DNA from: Solirubrobacterales bacterium
GTDB lineage: Bacteria > Actinomycetota > Thermoleophilia > Solirubrobacterales > Solirubrobacteraceae
DNA: 56,941 nucleotides
Reading direction: 5' to 3'
Assembly (NCBI GenBank): GCA_026392385.1
Contig: JAPLCG010000064.1
Span: 1 to 56,941, forward strand
Numbering within the stretch: position 1 is the stretch's first letter; each line of letters starts with the position of its first letter. Both the position numbers and the translations under genes were made by a program. Below the pieces are notes generated by a model. That model ran no database searches. It saw nothing but the letters and a program-made list of their open reading frames with translations, and was not told the DNA's origin. Below are positions 51,998 through 56,941 of this stretch, piece by piece.

Positions 51998-52681
51998 CTA
52001 TCGACTTGGCAGGAGGGAGTCGATCGGCAGACCGCTTCCAGCTTCGGCAAAGGCTGCTTGGCTGGGCTCACGGATTTCCGGAATTGTTGCGACCTCAATG
52101 CCGCTAATCCGAGCGACCGTTGCTCGGTTGTCAAGCTCGAGAGCGGTTGGTGAGTCTGGCCACGGTCCGAAGACGATTAGCTTTACCTCTAGTCCGACGG
52201 AGCGTGCTGATTCGACGGTCAGCAGCGTGTGAGAGATTGTCCCGAGGCCCGGGCGGGCAGCGACTACGACCGCGAGTCCGAGCGCCGTGGCAAGGTCGCG
52301 GACCGATTCGGTTTGCGAGATCGGGACGAGTAACCCACCGACCCCTTCGACAAGCAGCGATCCGCCAGCCACTGTTTCGGCAAGCAGTTCAGCGGCAATC
52401 TCTGAGGCATCAAGCTGAACGCCGGCTTCGGCAGCAGCAAGGTGCGGGGACACGGCTGGACCGAACTTTCGTTTGCTGATGCCAGCCGTCGAACTTGATC
52501 CGATTGCAAGCGCAAGCAGTTCGTCGTCGCGCAGACCTTCACTTGGATCGTCCATTCCAGTCAGGAGTGGTTTGCGCACGAGCAGTTGCTCGCCTCTGGC
52601 TGTTAGCGCTGCAGCGATTGAAGCTGTGACATACGACTTTCCCGCCCCGGTGTCGGTTCCGGTTACAAACAGTCCGCGCAT
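51998..52681 (-). CDS. bioD: Dethiobiotin synthase
   Basis: FVTGTDTGAGKS, SPHLAA, VEGVGGLLVP, LGTISHTLLT. Confidence 0.96.
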   Translation of the reverse strand: MRGLFVTGTDTGAGKSYVTASIAAALTARGEQLLVRKPLLTGMDDPSEGLRDDELLALAIGSSSTAGISKRKFGPAVSPHLAAAEAGVQLDASEIAAELLAETVAGGSLLVEGVGGLLVPISQTESVRDLATALGLAVVVAARPGLGTISHTLLTVESARSVGLEVKLIVFGPWPDSPTALELDNRATVARISGIEVATIPEIREPSQAAFAEAGSGLPIDSLLPSR

Positions 52682-52687
52682 CGACGG

Positions 52688-53986
52688 TCAGGCCGCGCGG
52701 TTGATGTCCGTCGGGCCCTGCGCCTCAATGTCGAACAGCTCCTGCCCGCCCTTGCGGGTCGCACGAATTGGCAGTGGCCCGTCACCTGGTACGGGTTCCG
52801 GTCGGCGTTCGGCTGGAGCAGTTGCTCGCAGACCAGCTGCAGCGCAGGCATTAGCGATTGTTTTCGCAGCTGCTTTCAACTCGTCTGTGCGATGTGTTGC
52901 CATCACTGTCAGCCGCAGCCGTGAGGATCCTTCGGGAACGGTTGGCGGCCGGATCGCCTGTGCGAATACGCCGTCGGCGAGCGCTCCTTCGCAGACCGCG
53001 ACTGTGTCCGATGCGTCACCGATCACGAGTGGAATGATTGGCGTCGGCTGCTGTTCAATGTCGAATCCTTCAGTCCTCAATGCTGCCCTGAGTGTCTGCG
53101 CATTTCGCTGAACGCGCTCAATCCTGCGTGGCTCAGTCGTGATTAGCTCGAGTGCTGCCATCGCGCCCGCAATTGACGGTGGTGGTGGAGCTGTTGAGAA
53201 CAACAGTGTCCGAGCTTGGTTTGTAAGCCAATCCGCCGTGCTTGCGCTGCAGGCAACGAAGGCGCCGTACGAGCCAAGCGACTTTCCGAGCGTTCCGATT
53301 AGAGCCGTCACCTGTCCTTCAAGACCAGCTTCTGCGACGACACCACGACCACCTGGTCCATAAACGCCAACCGCGTGTGCCTCATCAACGACGGTTCGGG
53401 CGCCGTAGATCGATGCCAGTTCGACGATCTCAGCGATCGGAGCGACATCGCCGTCCATCGAAAAGATCGAGTCGGTAACAATCAGCGCCCGGCGACCCTT
53501 CGCCTTCGCGAGTCCCCACTCAAGGTGCTCCATATCTGCGTGGTTGTAGATAAAGGTTTCGGTTCCGGACAGACGACAACCATCAATCAGCGAGGCGTGA
53601 TTGAGCTCGTCCGAGCAGATAATGCCTCCAGACTCAGCGAGGGCGCCAATCACGCCCGCGTTAGCGAGGTATCCCGATCCGAAAAGCAGTGCGCTCTCAG
53701 TGCGCTCAAAGTCGGCTAGCCGATCCTCAAGGCGGCGATGCACTGTCATTGTGCCGCTCACCAGTCGGGATGCTCCTGAGCCAACGCCCCACTTCATTGC
53801 TGCGGCGGCTGCAGCCTCGCGAACCTTTGGGTGATCAGCAAGCCCGAGGTAGTTGTTTGAGCAGAGCAGCAGTGCTGGTTTTCCGTCAACTACAACGCTT
53901 GGTCCCTGCGGGCCGCTAACCAGCCGTGTCTTGCGATGCATTGTGCGCGATCGCAGGTCACTGAGTCTTGCGGTGATCGTCCCCAT
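52688..53986 (-). CDS. bioF: 8-amino-7-oxononanoate synthase (start ATG 53986)
   Basis: SNNYLGL, GSGASRL, NHASLIDG, FSMDGD, DEAH, TLGKS, AIRPPTVP. Confidence 0.96.
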   Translation of the reverse strand: MGTITARLSDLRSRTMHRKTRLVSGPQGPSVVVDGKPALLLCSNNYLGLADHPKVREAAAAAAMKWGVGSGASRLVSGTMTVHRRLEDRLADFERTESALLFGSGYLANAGVIGALAESGGIICSDELNHASLIDGCRLSGTETFIYNHADMEHLEWGLAKAKGRRALIVTDSIFSMDGDVAPIAEIVELASIYGARTVVDEAHAVGVYGPGGRGVVAEAGLEGQVTALIGTLGKSLGSYGAFVACSASTADWLTNQARTLLFSTAPPPPSIAGAMAALELITTEPRRIERVQRNAQTLRAALRTEGFDIEQQPTPIIPLVIGDASDTVAVCEGALADGVFAQAIRPPTVPEGSSRLRLTVMATHRTDELKAAAKTIANACAAAGLRATAPAERRPEPVPGDGPLPIRATRKGGQELFDIEAQGPTDINRAA

Positions 53987-53996
53987 TGCGGAAAGC

Positions 53997-55196
53997 TCAG
54001 GCGGCCTTCTGTGCTGCCTCGGACTCGCGGGTAGTGCGGCCGGCTCCGGTATTAGCAGCACCGTCGGGGCGTGGCGGAACGCTGCGCTTGCGACTGAATC
54101 GAAGCTGTGAGGATGGGTCCCAGAGTCGAACCTCGAAGGCATCAGTGCCGTCGCCAACTGGTGAGCCGACGAGATGTTCACCGACTACATCGGGAGTCTC
54201 GCCATCAAGCCAGCCATCGCGGTTATCAGGCCGCGGGTTTGAACCATTGTCGGTCTGGCGCTCAGTGTTGAGGCCAACGTCGTGGAACATCTCCATGTCC
54301 TGCTCGGGCGTGTTGCCAAGCGTCGTGAGGAAGTTGCCCATCATTACCCCGTTGACTCCGGCCTTGATAGCGAGCGGTTGAAGCTCGCGAAGGTTCTCAA
54401 CGCGACCGCCACAGAGCCTGAAAAGTGCCTTCGGCATGATCAACCTGAAGATTGCGATCCACTTGACAGCCTCCCAAGGGTCCATGTACTCGCGATCACC
54501 GAACTTCGTGCCTGGCCTTGGGTTGAGCAGGTTGATCGGAACGCTCGTAGGGTCAATCTCAGCAAGCTGGAATGCCATTTCAACGCGCTGCTCGCGTGAC
54601 TCGCCAAGGTTAAGAATTCCGCCAACACAGGTCTCAAGGCCAGCTTCCCGAACTGCGTCGATCGTCCGCAGCCGGCCTTCGTAGCGGACGGTCGAGGAGA
54701 CCTCGGGGTAGTAGCTCTCGGCAGTCTCAACGTTGTGGTGAATGCGTTGAATGCCAGCAGCCTTCAGCTGCTTGGCGCGATCCACGGACATATGGCCAAT
54801 TGAGGCACAGCGTTTGAGGTTCGTCTGCTCGGCAACGAGCTTTGCGCCCTCAACGATCTTTTCGAAGTCACGCTTTGAGAGTCCCTGTCCCTGTGTGACC
54901 ATGCAGAAGCGGTGTGCGCCGGCTGCCTCTGCCGCCTTTGCGTGCTCAAGGATCTGGTCTGGCTCCATCATCGCGTGGAGTGGGGTGTCAGCCTCGGCGT
55001 AACGAGACTGGGCACAGAAGCCGCAGTCCTCAGCGCAGCCGCCGGATTTTGCGTTTACGAGTGAGCAGAGGTCGGTTGAGTCACCGAAGTTGTCAACGCG
55101 GGCCTGCCAGGCTCGCTCAACGAGCGCTTCGATCTCTTCGGGCTGCTCAAGATCGCCGAGTTGAAGGGCTTCTTCGCGTGTGATGAGGGCTGACAT
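53997..55196 (-). CDS. bioB: Biotin synthase with long C-terminal extension
   Basis: CAEDCGFC radical-SAM motif, HNVET, SVPIN, GGR, GNFLTT. Confidence 0.97.
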   Translation of the reverse strand: MSALITREEALQLGDLEQPEEIEALVERAWQARVDNFGDSTDLCSLVNAKSGGCAEDCGFCAQSRYAEADTPLHAMMEPDQILEHAKAAEAAGAHRFCMVTQGQGLSKRDFEKIVEGAKLVAEQTNLKRCASIGHMSVDRAKQLKAAGIQRIHHNVETAESYYPEVSSTVRYEGRLRTIDAVREAGLETCVGGILNLGESREQRVEMAFQLAEIDPTSVPINLLNPRPGTKFGDREYMDPWEAVKWIAIFRLIMPKALFRLCGGRVENLRELQPLAIKAGVNGVMMGNFLTTLGNTPEQDMEMFHDVGLNTERQTDNGSNPRPDNRDGWLDGETPDVVGEHLVGSPVGDGTDAFEVRLWDPSSQLRFSRKRSVPPRPDGAANTGAGRTTRESEAAQKAA

Positions 55197-55211
55197 CGGC
55201 GGCTGGTTCTC

Positions 55212-55246
55212 CCCTGACGGGTTGCTTGACGGTCAGGGCGAATCTA
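55212..55246 (-). promoter_or_regulatory. Candidate bioB -10 (TAGATT) with adjacent inverted repeat CCCTGAC-N13-GTCAGGG
   Basis: Arms at 55212-55218 and 55232-55238; hexamer at 55246-55241. Confidence 0.45.
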
Positions 55247-55285
55247 CGCCTGTCGGCGGACGCCAAATATGCGCTGAATTGCGGT

Positions 55286-56015
55286 CTAGCTGAGTGAGAC
55301 GAAGCCGCTGATCCAACTGTTGCGCGTTCGCTCACGCGCTGCGACCCCTTGACGGCCTGAGAACGGTGTCTGAGTGTTGCCCTCAATCGTCTGGAGCGTC
55401 GACTTAGTGCTGCCTATAATGAGCCCGGTGTGCTCGCAGAAATCGAGCGACTGGCATTGCCTTTACTCCGGACATCCGCCAAACCGAGCTGGCAAACAGT
55501 GCGCACCAAGGATTACCGCACCATTCGGCACCGCCAAATGTGCAGACGAGTCGGCCACGATTGTTGTTGCCGCTGTTTTCAAGCGTTGGTGAGAGCCGGT
55601 ACTGATCGGCGATGTAGCGGATCTTGCTTCGCAGTTCACTGACGTACGTCGCAGCCTTGGTTGCTGTCGTCTTGGCGATCAGCGCATCTGTTTCGACGGG
55701 GCGGCGGCTTGCCAGCTGGCCCTTTAGCGTCAAGTTGCTAACAGCAAGGCCAATCAGCAGGTCGGCACCAATTAGCGGCTTCGTGAACGTGATCGGCTCT
55801 TCGCCGGGCTGAGTACCACCGTTGTAAAGCAGCGCCGAACTGGCCTTTGAAGCCTTCGGGCTATATGGCTTGCCGGCCTGAAAACCAGCAGAGCCAGGTT
55901 CTGCGGCCAAGGGCTTATGCGCTGCCTGTGCAGGTGCGCCAAATAGCGCTGAACCGGCGGTGACAGCGAGCAGGATCGGCGCGAACGCCCGGATCTTCTG
56001 TGCTCGGTGATTCAC
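55286..56015 (-). pseudogene. Secreted CHAP-domain amidase, frameshifted with internal deletion
   Basis: First frame: signal peptide and PWCALFASSVW (catalytic Cys). Second frame from ~55450: EHTGLII...TIEGNT...ISGFV to TAG at 55288-55286. Confidence 0.8.
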
Positions 56016-56086
56016 AATCTTGCTTTCCAAGCCTACCGGAGTTCGCGTATTGCCGCTGCAAAACGCAGCATTTCGTGCGAGAGCCC

Positions 56087-56863
56087 TTAGTTGCCGGTGA
56101 AACGCGCGGAGCGGCGTTCGGCGAACGCTTCGACTCCTTCGCGGAAGTCAGCTGAGGAAAAGCACTGGCGCCGCAACTCAATCAACTCCGCCTCAACCTT
56201 TGGATCAAGCACGCCGGTTGCATTGGCAAGTTCACGCAGAATTCGCTTGTTGCCTCTGAGCGAGAGCGGCGCATTCTCCGCCAGCTCCTGAGCCATCGCA
56301 AGTGCGGTCTCTTCAACAGTCTCCGAGATCTCATTCACGAGCCCCCACTGGAGTGCTGTCTGGGCGTCAATCCGCCGGCCAAGCAAGAAAAGTTCACGGG
56401 TACGTGGGACACCCACTGCATCAATGAACCTGCTCAGCCCAGTGTGCGAGTAGACAAGTCCGAGCTTCGCGGGCGGCATGCCAAACTTTGCCGCGGGCGA
56501 GGTGACGCGTAGGTCACAGGCAAGTGCGACCTCAAGGCCACCACCGATCGCGTGGCCGGTAAGGGCGCCGACGATCGGAATATCGCAACGGTCGAGGCCC
56601 TCAAGAGCCGCGGCGAAGGGATGCGCGATCAGCCGCTCTGCCTCCTCGGCAAAGACCTCTTCAGGGATGTCACCAATGTCATAGCCCGCCGAGAAGATTT
56701 CGCCGTCGCCGCTGATGATTACGCAGGCTGCGTCAAGTCCGTCAAGGTAACTGGCGAGCGCATCAAGAATCGGGTGGTCGAGCGCGCCACGCTTGCCCGG
56801 ATTGCTGATTGTGAAGCGGACGATGCCATCAGCTGGCTCGTCGCGGGTCAGGGTGCCAGCCAT
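56087..56863 (-). CDS. Enoyl-CoA hydratase/crotonase family protein
   Basis: FSAGYDI, AIGGGLE, FGMPPAKLG, DFREGVEAF. Confidence 0.93.
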   Translation of the reverse strand: MAGTLTRDEPADGIVRFTISNPGKRGALDHPILDALASYLDGLDAACVIISGDGEIFSAGYDIGDIPEEVFAEEAERLIAHPFAAALEGLDRCDIPIVGALTGHAIGGGLEVALACDLRVTSPAAKFGMPPAKLGLVYSHTGLSRFIDAVGVPRTRELFLLGRRIDAQTALQWGLVNEISETVEETALAMAQELAENAPLSLRGNKRILRELANATGVLDPKVEAELIELRRQCFSSADFREGVEAFAERRSARFTGN

Positions 56864-56866
56864 CGG

Positions 56867-56941
56867 TTACTCGAGCACCACGAGCGTGTCACCTTCGGAT
56901 ACGGCCTGGCCTTCCTCGCAACGAATCTCCTTCACAACGCC
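56867..56941 (-). CDS. C-terminus of a biotin/lipoyl carrier domain protein (5' end outside window)
   Basis: GVVKEIRCEEGQAVSEGDTLVVLE-stop, 3 nt before the crotonase ATG. Confidence 0.8.
   Translation of the reverse strand, partial: GVVKEIRCEEGQAVSEGDTLVVLE

Noticed and set aside
53987..54181. N-terminal extension of BioF overlapping bioB
   Set aside because: ATG 53986, 10 nt after the bioB stop, gives a normal BioF N-terminus.
55440..55465. Programmed ribosomal frameshift in the CHAP gene
   Set aside because: No slippery heptamer or homopolymer, and a frameshift alone would not restore the missing segment.

Overview
Chromosomal window from an actinobacterium. Protein features suggest Thermoleophilia/Solirubrobacterales; this is my inference, not a search result. 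Bases 1-19.6 kb hold fusA (5'-truncated), tuf, the S10-spc-alpha ribosomal protein superoperon (no infA; rpmD and rpmJ missed by the ORF track) and truA. Bases 19.6-30.5 kb hold housekeeping genes (exonuclease, surE, ligA, dacB, patatin, aminotransferase, acyl-CoA ligase, Nif3). A tRNA-Pro(CGG) is followed by a secreted protein with seven 117-nt RCC1/BLIP-II-like repeats whose variation clusters in two loops. Next come arfB, membrane proteins, a DsbA-like pair, a two-component system, a sigma-70 factor, ccdA, a ZIP transporter behind a Fur-family-like palindrome, mobA, rubredoxin and bioBFDA. No CRISPR array, integrase, transposase or reverse transcriptase was seen. The main observations are (1) the loop-variable repeat protein beside the tRNA, (2) four apparent internal deletions (rplQ, a DsbA-like gene, a CHAP amidase, and a ~125-nt relic of a probable molybdopterin oxidoreductase), which may be real erosion or assembly artefact, (3) an apparent ATC start codon, and (4) long low-complexity extensions on ribosomal proteins, chiefly S17. 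All product calls come from motif recognition, not database searches.
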